Shown here one piece after another: positions 8,852-18,300 of a stretch of DNA of 64,000 bases. The translations under genes were made by a program, and so were the position numbers. Each line of letters starts with the position of its first letter. Positions within the stretch are counted from its first letter, which is position 1. Origin of the DNA: Candidatus Hydrogenedentota bacterium (lineage in GTDB: Bacteria > Hydrogenedentota > Hydrogenedentia > Hydrogenedentales > SLHB01). The notes below the pieces were generated by a model. It ran no database searches and was not told where the DNA came from. It saw only the letters and a program-made list of their open reading frames with translations. Location: positions 24,843 through 88,842 of the forward strand of contig DAIPKA010000019.1 in NCBI GenBank assembly GCA_036769985.1, written 5' to 3'.

Positions 8852-10015
8852 ATGACCTCGAAACAGCTCACATTCAGCGGCGCCCAAGCCGATGCCGGGC
8901 TCAAGGCCGCGCTTGGCAAGAGCCGACCGGACGTCATCGCCGAACTGCGCACGTCCGGGATTAGGGGCCGAGGTGGAGCAGGGTTCCCGGTGCACGTGAA
9001 GTGGAACCTGGCCGCCGCCGCCCAAGACGACGTGAAGTTCGTGGTCTGCAACGCCGACGAGGGCGAGCCCGGAACCTTCAAGGACCGCGTTATCCTGTCG
9101 GACTACGCCGACCTCGTGTTCGAGGGAATGACCATCGGCGGCTATGTCCTCGGCGCCGAGAAGGGCATCCTCTACCTCCGCGGCGAGTATGCCTACCTGC
9201 GCCGCCATCTCGAGGGGGTCCTCGAACAGCGACGCGCCGACCACCGGCTCGGCCACGGCATCTTGGGCAAGAAGGGCTTCGATTTTGAAATCGAGATCCG
9301 CATGGGCTCCGGCGCCTACGTATGCGGCGAGGAGACCGCCCTCATCGAGTCGCTCGAAGGCCAACGCGGTGAGCCGCGCAATCGCCCCCCCTTCCCCGTG
9401 GACACCGGATTCGAAGGACATCCCACCATCGTGAACAACGTCGAGACGTTGGCATGGGTGTCGTGCATCCTCGCCAAAGGCGGCGCGTGGTTCAAGGCAA
9501 TCGGAACGGACAAGTCGACCGGTCTGAAACTCTTCAGCGTATCGGGCGACTGTACCCGCCCGGGCGTCTACGAATTCCCCATGGGCATCACGATCAAGCA
9601 GTTGCTCAAGGAAGTCGGCGGCGAAGAGGCCAAGGCCGTTCAGGTGGGTGGCGCGTCCGGTCGGTGCGTACCGGCGGCCGAGTTTGACCGAACCATCGCG
9701 TTCGAGGACGTGGCGACCGGCGGTTCCGTGATCGTACTTGGCCCGAATCGCCACATGCTGGACGTGGTCGAGAACTTCATGGAGTTCTTCGTCGAAGAGT
9801 CCTGCGGCCAATGCACGCCCTGCCGCGAGGGCAACGTCAAGCTACTCGAAGGCATCCAGTTGCTCAAGGCGGGCCGCTGTTCAATGGCCTACCTGAACGA
9901 GCTGTGCTCCCTGGGCGAGTCGATGCAGCTCGCGTCGAAATGCGGCCTCGGGCAGTCCAGTCCGAACGCGTTCCTCTCCATTGTCCAACACTTCAAAGAC
10001 GAGATCATGGGTTAG
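8852..10015 (+). CDS. NuoF-like FMN/NAD(P)H-binding subunit (HydB/HndC-like)
   Basis: ORF 8783..10015 trimmed to ATG 8852, one nt after the preceding stop. Motifs: GRGGAGFPVHVKW, ADEGEPGTFKDR, GSGAYVCGEETALIESLEG and ESCGQCTPCREG. Confidence 0.9.
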   Translation: MTSKQLTFSGAQADAGLKAALGKSRPDVIAELRTSGIRGRGGAGFPVHVKWNLAAAAQDDVKFVVCNADEGEPGTFKDRVILSDYADLVFEGMTIGGYVLGAEKGILYLRGEYAYLRRHLEGVLEQRRADHRLGHGILGKKGFDFEIEIRMGSGAYVCGEETALIESLEGQRGEPRNRPPFPVDTGFEGHPTIVNNVETLAWVSCILAKGGAWFKAIGTDKSTGLKLFSVSGDCTRPGVYEFPMGITIKQLLKEVGGEEAKAVQVGGASGRCVPAAEFDRTIAFEDVATGGSVIVLGPNRHMLDVVENFMEFFVEESCGQCTPCREGNVKLLEGIQLLKAGRCSMAYLNELCSLGESMQLASKCGLGQSSPNAFLSIVQHFKDEIMG

Positions 10016-10043
10016 GCCGGGCAGGCAAAACGAGGAGTCAGGT

Positions 10044-11975
10044 ATGACACAGAAGACACGCGAAGCAGATTCGTCCCGGACCCCGGTCAGCCAGCGGCCG
10101 TTCTCGGTGGATGCACCGAACGGCAGCACACAGACCATTGGCGGCCTGGTTTCGGTCACGATTGACGAAAAGGAACTCAAGGTGCCGCTCGGAACCACCA
10201 TTCTCGAAGCGGCGAGGCAAGTCGGTATTCGCATTCCGACCCTGTGCCACCACGATGACCTGTGCGTGGCCGGGGTGTGCCGGATTTGCGTAGTCGAAGT
10301 CGAGGGCCAGCGGACGCTCCAGGCGGCCTGCTGCTACCCCGTCACCACCCCCATCAAGGTGAAAACCCATACCCGGAACGTGCGCCAGGCGCGGCGGCAC
10401 ATTCTCGATCTCCTGCTCTCGAAGCACTACGGCGAGTGCTACGCCTGCTTCCGCAACAACAACTGCGAGTTGCAGAGCCTCGCCAAGGAGTACGGCGTCG
10501 ACTTCTTCCGGTTCGGGCACCCGACCGAGCCCATGTACGAAGTGGACCGTTCGAGTTACGCCGTCGTGCGTGACATGAACAAGTGCATCCTGTGCCGCCG
10601 GTGCGTGCGGACCTGCATCGACCTCCAGGAGGTCGGCGTCCTCGAGGCCATTGGCCGCAGCGCAAGCACCAGGATCTCGACCTTTGTCGACAAGCCCTTG
10701 GCCGACGTCATCTGCATCAACTGCGGCCAGTGCATCAACCGATGTCCCACCGGCGCCCTGCGCGCCAACGATCCCACCGACGACGTGTGGGCCGCCATTG
10801 ACGACCCCACAAAACACGTCGTCATCCAGACGGCGCCCAGCCCTCGGGCCGGTATCGGCGAGTACTTCGGCCTCGAGCCGGGTATCCCGCTCACGCTCGA
10901 GATGAATACGGCCCTGCGCCGGTGCGGATTCGATAGGGTGTTCGACACCAACTTCAGCGCAGACCTCACCATCATCGAGGAAGGCACCGAGTTGATCTTG
11001 CGACTGTACAAGGCATTGGTCCAGAAAGACCCCTCGGTGTGCCTGCCGCAATTCACGAGCTGCTCTCCCGGCTGGGTGAAGTTCATCGAGCACTTCTATC
11101 CCGAAATGCTCGGCCACGTCTCGTCCGCCAAGAGCCCGCAGCAGATGTTCGGCGCGGTCATCAAGACCTACTACGCGCAGTTGCACAACATCGATCCCAA
11201 AGACATCGTCACCGTCGCACTGATGCCCTGCTCGGCGAAGAAGTACGAGTGCAATCGGCCCGAGATGTGCGACAGCGGCCTCAAGGATATCGACTATGGC
11301 CTGACGACGCGCGAACTCGGCCAGATGATCAAGGAAGCCGGCATTCACCTGCCCGACATGCCGAAATCGCCCTTCGACGCCCCCTTCGGCCAGGAAACCG
11401 GCTCCGGCGTCATCTTCGGCGCCACCGGCGGCGTCATGGAAGCGGCATTGCGCACGGTCATCGAACTGGTGTGCGGCATCAAGGTCGAGAATCTGTTCGA
11501 CCATGCCGACATCATCCCGGTGCGTGGCTTCGACGGCATCAAGTACGCGGAACTCACGGTACCGGATGTCGGGCCTGTGCCGGACATCCTCAAGCACCTC
11601 GTGCCGAACTGGGATTGGCTCAAGGGCGCCACACTCAAGGTCGGCGTCGCCCACGGTACGGCCAACGCCAAGAAGGTGCTCGAGGACGTCAAGGCCGGCG
11701 GCACGTTCAGCAAGTGCCACTTCATCGAGATCATGGCGTGTCCGGGCGGGTGCCTGGGCGGCGGTGGCCAGCCGATTCCGACCACGCCCGAGATTCGGGC
11801 CGCGCGCGCCAAGGCGATCTACGCCGAAGACACGCGATCCGAAGTGCGCAAGTCGCATGAGAACCCCGCCGTCCTCGAACTCTACCGCAAGTTCCTCACC
11901 GACGGACCTTGCGGTCACCTGAGCCACAAGTTGCTGCACACCGGTTACATGGCACGCGGCAAGTACATCGCCTAG
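10044..11975 (+). CDS. hydA: [FeFe] hydrogenase catalytic subunit (HydA/HndD-like)
   Basis: ORF 9981..11975 trimmed to ATG 10044, which is preceded by GGAG. It has an N-terminal 2Fe-2S domain and ferredoxin-like Cys clusters. H-cluster motifs: FTSCSPGW (a variant of TSCCPxW), MPCSAKKYE and EIMACPGGCLGGGGQP. A small-subunit-like tail is also present. Confidence 0.9.
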   Translation: MTQKTREADSSRTPVSQRPFSVDAPNGSTQTIGGLVSVTIDEKELKVPLGTTILEAARQVGIRIPTLCHHDDLCVAGVCRICVVEVEGQRTLQAACCYPVTTPIKVKTHTRNVRQARRHILDLLLSKHYGECYACFRNNNCELQSLAKEYGVDFFRFGHPTEPMYEVDRSSYAVVRDMNKCILCRRCVRTCIDLQEVGVLEAIGRSASTRISTFVDKPLADVICINCGQCINRCPTGALRANDPTDDVWAAIDDPTKHVVIQTAPSPRAGIGEYFGLEPGIPLTLEMNTALRRCGFDRVFDTNFSADLTIIEEGTELILRLYKALVQKDPSVCLPQFTSCSPGWVKFIEHFYPEMLGHVSSAKSPQQMFGAVIKTYYAQLHNIDPKDIVTVALMPCSAKKYECNRPEMCDSGLKDIDYGLTTRELGQMIKEAGIHLPDMPKSPFDAPFGQETGSGVIFGATGGVMEAALRTVIELVCGIKVENLFDHADIIPVRGFDGIKYAELTVPDVGPVPDILKHLVPNWDWLKGATLKVGVAHGTANAKKVLEDVKAGGTFSKCHFIEIMACPGGCLGGGGQPIPTTPEIRAARAKAIYAEDTRSEVRKSHENPAVLELYRKFLTDGPCGHLSHKLLHTGYMARGKYIA

Positions 11976-11993
11976 TTCGCGACCGGAGAGAAT

Positions 11994-12031
11994 CCTGGGC
12001 GCCGGGCGGAGATTTCCGTCCGGCGCCCAGG
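11994..12031 (+). terminator. hairpin after hydA (possible terminator or attenuator)
   Basis: cctgggcgccgggcgg / ccgtccggcgcccagg pair at 15 of 16 positions around a short loop, 19 nt after the hydA stop. There is no U-tract. Confidence 0.35.
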
Positions 12032-12075
12032 AAGTGTACAATGGCCGTCCTCGAGGCCCCGCTCCCAGCGGGTCC

Positions 12076-13386
12076 ATGGAGTTCGCCGTGCCTGCAGGGC
12101 CGTCATCCATAGCTTATCTCGACGCCGCCGATCCCAAGGTGGCCTACGCCGCCTGCTCGGAAGACGAGCGCCGCATCCTCGATCGCATCAACCAGAAAGT
12201 GGCGGCAGCGGAATCGCTCGAGGACATCATGAACTTCGTGTTCGATGCGATTCGGCCCATCAGCCCGTGCGATCGCGTCGGCTTGGCCTTCCTCGAGGAG
12301 AACCGCGCACGCGTGGCCGCCCATTGGGCCCGCGCCGACTACGAGCCCATGCTGCTGACCAAGGGCTACGCCGAGGACCTCCACGGGAGTTCGCTCGAGA
12401 CCGTCCTCGAGCGGGGCGTCCCCCGCGTCATCAATGATCTCGATGCCTATCTTGACGCTCATCCGGAGAGCCGATCCACCCGGATCATCGTCCGGGAAGG
12501 TGTGCAGTCAAGCATGACGTGCCCACTTATCGTCGAGGGGCGCCCCGTCGGATTCCTCTTTCGGAGTTCACGGTTGAAGAACGCCTACGACGAACACCAG
12601 GTCAACATGCAAACGGCTATTGCCGAGCGCTTAAGCCAGGCCGTCGAGAAGACGCTACGCATCGAGCAGTTGGCCGCCGCCAACCGGGCCTATACCGAGA
12701 CCCTCGGCTTCGTCAGCCACGAACTGCGTAGCCCGCTGGCCGCTATCGTCATGAACGCCCAGGCGTTGACCGGCGGTTACCTGGGGCCATTGACGGATCC
12801 CCAGCGCGAGCGTATCGGTCGGATGGTTGTCAAGGCCAACTACCTCCTCGAACTCATCGAGGAATTCATGACCCTCTCCGGACTCGAGGGCGGGGAACTC
12901 GAGGCCTGCATCGGGACTGACATCGACTTTGTCGGCGCCGTACTGAATCCTGCGCTCGACATCATCGAGGAAGCGCTCAAGGCCAAACGGATGACGCTCA
13001 CGTGGAATGTCCCGAAGGCGCCCGTCCCTGCGGCATGCGACCCTCGCCTCATGAAGATCGTCGTCGTGAACCTGCTCGGAAACGCGGTGAAATACGGCGA
13101 CGAAGAGGGCGAGGTCCGCGTCAGCGCCACCGCGTCCGAAGCCGGCATCGAGGTGAAGGTATGGAACAGCGGCCCCGGATTCCCTGAGACTGAGCACCAC
13201 AAGCTGTTCCGGCGATTCTCGCGCGTCAACACGCCCGAACTGATGAAACGCAAGGGCACCGGCATCGGCCTGTTCACATGCTGGCGCATCATCCAGTTAC
13301 ATGGAGGCCGGATCTGGGCCGACTCGCGCGAGGGCGAGTGGGCCGAGTTCACGTTCCGCCTGCCGGAGCCCGGCACCAAGCGCTAG
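12076..13386 (+). CDS. cytoplasmic GAF-domain sensor histidine kinase
   Basis: ORF 12034..13386; ATG 12076 is preferred because GTG 12034 lies inside the hairpin. It has a GAF-like N-terminal half, the H-box FVSHELRSPL and the HATPase motifs NLLGNAVKYG and GTGIGL. No TM segments. Confidence 0.85.
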   Translation: MEFAVPAGPSSIAYLDAADPKVAYAACSEDERRILDRINQKVAAAESLEDIMNFVFDAIRPISPCDRVGLAFLEENRARVAAHWARADYEPMLLTKGYAEDLHGSSLETVLERGVPRVINDLDAYLDAHPESRSTRIIVREGVQSSMTCPLIVEGRPVGFLFRSSRLKNAYDEHQVNMQTAIAERLSQAVEKTLRIEQLAAANRAYTETLGFVSHELRSPLAAIVMNAQALTGGYLGPLTDPQRERIGRMVVKANYLLELIEEFMTLSGLEGGELEACIGTDIDFVGAVLNPALDIIEEALKAKRMTLTWNVPKAPVPAACDPRLMKIVVVNLLGNAVKYGDEEGEVRVSATASEAGIEVKVWNSGPGFPETEHHKLFRRFSRVNTPELMKRKGTGIGLFTCWRIIQLHGGRIWADSREGEWAEFTFRLPEPGTKR

Positions 13387-13520
13387 GATTCGGAACGAAG
13401 GACTGTCGAAGGCGCAAACCGCGAACCATGGCAAAGGAATAGGACCTCGCCGACGTTCGTTACTAGACAGAAGAGGTGGGTTGTGAATTGCGCAACAACC
13501 TCCGTGGGAGAAATAGGATC

Positions 13521-14927
13521 ATGACGCATGTAGTCAAGAACACCGCAGACACTGTACCGATCAACGAAGAAGAGATAGAAGCTTTCCTCGATGCCGAACG
13601 GCACGCCGACTCGGGCCGTGTGCGTGAGGTTCTCGCCAAGGCGCGCGAGCTCAAGGGGCTCTCGCCCCGCGACGTCGCCGCTCTCATGCCCGTGAGCGAC
13701 CCGGAACTTCTTACCGAAATGTTCGCCACAGCCCGCGCCGTCAAGGATCTCATTTACGGCCGGCGGCTTGTTCTGTTTGCGCCACTGTACATCTCCAACC
13801 TCTGCAAGAACGAATGCCTGTACTGCGCGTTCCGGGCCAAAAACACCGCCGTGAAGCGGCGCGCCCTCACACAGGAGGAGATCGCTTCCGAGGTGAAGAT
13901 TCTCGTCGAGCAGGGCCACAAGCGGATCCTGCTCGTCGCCGGCGAGGCCTACCCAAACGAAGGGTTTGACTACGTTCTGAGATCCGTCGAGACCATTTAC
14001 AAGACCAAGAGCGGCAAGGGCGAGATCCGGCGTGTCAACGTCAATGTCGCGCCCCTGACGCTGGACGAGTTCCGCAGGCTCAAAGCCGCCCAGATCGGCA
14101 CCTATCAGGTCTTCCAGGAAACCTACCATCGCGGAACATACGCCTGCATGCACGTGAGCGGCCAGAAACGCGACTACGACTGGCGCGTCACCGCCATTGA
14201 TCGCGCCATGGAGGCGGGTATTAACGACGCCGGCATCGGCGTGCTGTTCGGGCTCTTCAACTGGCACTTCGAGATCCTCGCCATGATGCAGCACATCCGG
14301 CACCTCGAGGAACGCTTTGGCGTCGGGCCGCACACCATCAGCGTGCCGCGCCTCGAGCCCGCGACGGGCTCCGAACTCGCCACGCATCCGCCGCAGCCCG
14401 TCTCCGACATCGACTTCCGCAAAATTGTCGCGATCCTGCGCATGGCCATACCGTATACGGGCATCATCATGTCCACCCGCGAGACGCCCAATCTCCGGCG
14501 CGAGACCTTCGCCCTGGGCGTGTCGCAGATCTCCGCCGGAAGCCGCACCAATCCCGGCGGTTACACCGAGGACGAGTACGACGCCAGCCAGTTCTCCCTG
14601 GGCGATCACCGCTCGTTGGATGAGGTGATCCGCGATGTCGCGTCCCTCGGTTACATTCCCTCGTTCTGCACCGGCTGCTATCGCCTTGGCCGTACCGGCC
14701 AAGACTTCATGGACCTCGCCAAGCCGGGCGATATCAAGATGCACTGCGATCCGAACGGCCTCTCGACATTCCTCGAGTACCTGCTTGACTACGGAACGCC
14801 GGAGACGCGCGAGATCGGCGACAAGCTCATCCACGACACCCTCGAAAACATGGCCGAGGCGCCCCGCAATCGCTCGGAAGGCCTCCTGGCGCGCGTCCGC
14901 GCCGGCGAACGCGACGTGTACTGCTAG
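13521..14927 (+). CDS. hydG: [FeFe] hydrogenase H-cluster radical SAM maturase HydG
   Basis: ORF 13476..14927 trimmed to ATG 13521. It has the radical-SAM motif CKNECLYCAF and a ThiH-like core. The HydG-specific C-terminal Cys motif is SFCTGCYRLGRTGQDFMDLAKPGDIKMHCDPN. Confidence 0.9.
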   Translation: MTHVVKNTADTVPINEEEIEAFLDAERHADSGRVREVLAKARELKGLSPRDVAALMPVSDPELLTEMFATARAVKDLIYGRRLVLFAPLYISNLCKNECLYCAFRAKNTAVKRRALTQEEIASEVKILVEQGHKRILLVAGEAYPNEGFDYVLRSVETIYKTKSGKGEIRRVNVNVAPLTLDEFRRLKAAQIGTYQVFQETYHRGTYACMHVSGQKRDYDWRVTAIDRAMEAGINDAGIGVLFGLFNWHFEILAMMQHIRHLEERFGVGPHTISVPRLEPATGSELATHPPQPVSDIDFRKIVAILRMAIPYTGIIMSTRETPNLRRETFALGVSQISAGSRTNPGGYTEDEYDASQFSLGDHRSLDEVIRDVASLGYIPSFCTGCYRLGRTGQDFMDLAKPGDIKMHCDPNGLSTFLEYLLDYGTPETREIGDKLIHDTLENMAEAPRNRSEGLLARVRAGERDVYC

Positions 14928-14949
14928 CCGGCCAGCCCGAACCGCAATT

Positions 14950-14990
14950 CGCCGAGGCCCTGTCGCGCGACAGGGCCTCGGCGTCTTTCC
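14950..14990 (+). terminator. rho-independent-type terminator after hydG
   Basis: Perfect 17-nt inverted arms cgccgaggccctgtcgc / gcgacagggcctcggcg (about 15 bp of stem around a central cgcg turn), followed by tctttcc. It starts 23 nt after the hydG stop. Confidence 0.6.
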
Positions 14991-15002
14991 ACAGGGATTC
15001 CC

Positions 15003-15166
15003 TGCATTCAAGGTCCAAGTGCAACACCGTAAGTGGTTGAAGGAAGACCGGTTTCCCCCGCCCCGGCTCGTTCGGACACGCACAGACCCACGTTCGGGCG
15101 AAGACTGTGCGCATCCGAGCAAGCTGGGGCGGGGGAAAGAAGTGTTGCACTTGGACCTTGAATGCA
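15003..15166. repeat. 164-nt long imperfect palindromic element with 25-bp perfect terminal inverted repeats
   Basis: 15003..15027 (tgcattcaaggtccaagtgcaacac) is the exact reverse complement of 15142..15166. An inner 17-bp arm pair, 15052..15068 with 15122..15138, has one G-T mismatch. Further partial pairing lies inside. Confidence 0.8.
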
Positions 15167-15193
15167 CTTTCCACGTGTTCGGCGCGTTTGCAT

Positions 15194-15222
15194 TTGACGA
15201 ACGACGGGAAATGAGGTATCAT
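15194..15222 (+). promoter_or_regulatory. sigma70-like promoter candidate for the large secreted protein gene
   Basis: TTGACG (15194..15199), a 17-nt spacer, then TATCAT (15217..15222), about 140 nt upstream of ATG 15364. The consensus is assumed from model bacteria. Confidence 0.35.
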
Positions 15223-15363
15223 ATAAATAAGAATTCGGAGAAACTATAGGGTTCTCGCAGGGGGCGAAGTGGGTGTGGAGCAGTGCCTTCAAACCTGCGG
15301 GGATGTGCACGGGGACGTGAGGCCGTCTACGAAGCGACGTGCCCAAACGGGAAGGAGCGTGTC

Positions 15364-18300
15364 ATGAAAACCACCTCGTCGCTGTCCCATTTGCGCTGGA
15401 CACTGGCGGTGCTGCTACTCGCCGCGCCGGCCACAGCCGCCGTCGGAAACTTCATTCCAGGCGTCCACGACAACCTCCAGCCGCCCTCGAGCGGCGCCGC
15501 CAACTGGTGTAGTCCCACGGCAGCCCTCAACGTGGTGGCCTACTGGGAGCTGACCGCCGGTCACGCCAACGCCCAAGGCCTACTCGACCCGGTTGACCCG
15601 GCCATCCCGCCCGGAACGGGCCCCGGAAGCACAACCAGCACGCATGTTGGCTGGTTCATGGGCACAAACGGCGTCGGGAGTCCGGTCCGGCTGAACAATG
15701 TCGGGGCGGCGGGCACCTTCGACGTGGACATCATGCCCGGGCTCGACGAATTCGTGCGCTGGGACAAGCTGAACACGTTTGGATACGCCATACCCCCGTA
15801 TGCAAAGACGGCGCACACCTGGTGGCTCCAATACCACAACCGTCTGGCCTTTTCCGAGGCGCAGGGCTGGGGAGACATCGTCAACGAGATCGATGCAGGC
15901 CGCCCGCTGGTCACAAGTTTCGCCCACTGGACCTTGATGGGGGCGACGCAGGTGAATGTTGGCCTGTTGGGCGACCTTCCGGTGACCTTCTATAACTGGA
16001 GCGTGCCCGCCGCCGCCGGCGCGCCGGGAGGGGACGCGCCCACTGAACAATGGAATCAGTCCTGGCAGAACCCGGAGGAGATCGCCGGCCACACGGTGAC
16101 AACCGTCGGGTACTTGTTCGACTATGATCCCGACGGCGAGGGCGCGCTCCCTCAAGGCGCCTGGGTAATCGTCCACGATAACTGGGGCAGCACGCCCACG
16201 AACGTGGCCGTGCCGTGGATCGACATCGCCAACGTGCCTCCGAACAACCCCGCCACAAAGTGGGGCGATCCGACGGCCCGAACCTGGTGGGTCTCGAATG
16301 TCCTGGTCGGCCCCGACGATCCCATCGTCTCCCTCGGAGGCGTCAACTTCGCCGTCCGAACGGGCGCCTTCGGCCTGCCCGGCACCGGCGTCTCGAACGA
16401 AGTGGCCCTATCGGGCGATCCGGAGAATGACGTCTACAAGGGCGGCGCCTGCACCAATATGCTTCGCCTCGACGAAACACTTCTAGGGCTTGTTCCCCTC
16501 GACGACATCGACGCCGTGTCCTACGGCGACCCGTCCGTCATCGTGTTCATTGCCGATCCGTGGGAAGGTGAAGGCGGATGGGTAGACGTCAAAGGCCGGC
16601 CTATCTACTGGCATTTCTCCGTGGACCCCATGGCCACGGGCGCGTGGAATCCCATCCAGTCCGCGGTGAATGTCGAGGTCCAGATCGGCACGGCCTCCTG
16701 CGGGATGCTCGCCAACGCGCCCGAGGCCTACGGCGACTTCTTCGTCACGCATTGGGGCATCTTGGGCAACAACGCCCTGGTCGGCGACGAGGCCGAACTC
16801 GGGCTGATGATCCAGAAGAGCTTCGCCGATGACGACCTGAACGGACTCGATCTGATCGCGGCCACCATTCATCGTCCCGACAGTTTCCTGCAACCCGGCG
16901 ACGTGTTCTTCTCGCTCACCAACGGATCGCCCTCCCTTGTTGGGATGATCGACCCGTTCTTCCGGATTCCCATCAAGGGCGCCGACATTCTCACACCCGA
17001 CGGAAACGGCAGTTTCCGCATCGCACAGGCTACCGACCCCAATATCAATACGAACGGCGACCGAGGTACGTTGGGCATCAGCGCCGAGAATGACCTCGAC
17101 GCCCTCTTCGTCGATGGAAACGGCGAGCCGTTCTTCTCCGTGCGCGTGGCACAGCAAGGCAATCCAAAGAGCATCAACCCCGGGGACATCCTCGTCCGCG
17201 ACGGACGACTTCACGCCCTGTTAGACGGCACGGCGGATGAGCTGATCGCGGCATCCCTGCTCGGCCTACTCGACGCCGAGACCTCCGGTGGGCAAGATCC
17301 CGACGACAACCTCGATGCCCTGGATGCCGAAACCTTCATCGTTGATCCCGTGGAGGTGGTTCCCGACGGCGAGATGGACGAGGCCTTGGCAGGCGAAGGC
17401 GAAGGCGAAGGCGAAGGCGAGGGCGAAGGGGAAGGCGAAGGGGAAGGCGAAGGGGAAGGCGAGGGCGAAGGCGAAGGCGAGGGCGAAGGCGAGGGCGAAG
17501 GCGAGGGTGAAGGTGAAGGCGAAGGCGAGGGCGAAGGCGAGGGCGAAGGCGAAGGCGAAGGCGAAGGCGAGATCGATATCACCGCACCCAATGGCACCGA
17601 AGTCTGGCGCCGAGGGGAAGAGCATACGATCACGTGGACCAGCAATGGAACGGTCGGCTCAGACGTCCGCATCGCCCTCCATATCGGCGAGGCCACGTTC
17701 GTCGACTGGATCGTCCGCAAGACGAGCAACGATGGATCGTACGTGTGGTTCGTCCCGACGAGCACCACCGCGCGAACCGACTACCGCATCCGCGTGCAGG
17801 ACTACTACGACTCGACGATCCGGGACTTCAGCGACGCCGACTTCGAGATCGAGGCCGGTGAAGTCGAAGTTTCGACGCCGAACGGCGGTGAGCAGTGGGA
17901 GCAAGCGAAGTCGTATGACATAACTTGGGCCAGCAACGACATCGGCGTAGGGACTGATGTACGACTCGCACTGCACAAGGGCGCTTCCTTCGAGTATTGG
18001 ATCAACCGGAAAACAAGCAACGACGGCTCGTACACATGGACTGTGCCCACGTCCCAAACACCGGATGCCAAGTACCGCGTCCGCGTCCAGTCCTACTCGG
18101 ACTCCTCGTTGCGCGACTACAGCGACCAGCGCTTCGAGATCACGCAGCAGCCGATCACCGTGACGGCGCCCAATGGTGGTGAAGACTGGACTCAGGGGCA
18201 GACCTACAGCATCACCTGGACCAGCAATGACGCCGGCGTCGGTACGGACGTGCGAATCGGCCTGCACAAAGGTGCTTCTTTCGAGTACTGGATCGTTCGA

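Noticed and set aside
17392-17571. Regular short repeats considered as a possible CRISPR array.
   Set aside because: The unit is 6 nt with no spacers, and it is in frame within a CDS. No repeat-spacer architecture and no cas genes occur anywhere in the window.
17211-17768. ORFs encoding (SP)n, (AF)n or (KA)n repeats: 17211..17768 (-), 17266..17625 (-), 17288..17923 (+).
   Set aside because: They are alternative-frame or alternative-strand readings of the same GGCGAA hexanucleotide tract. That tract lies in frame inside the well-supported 15364..18447 CDS.
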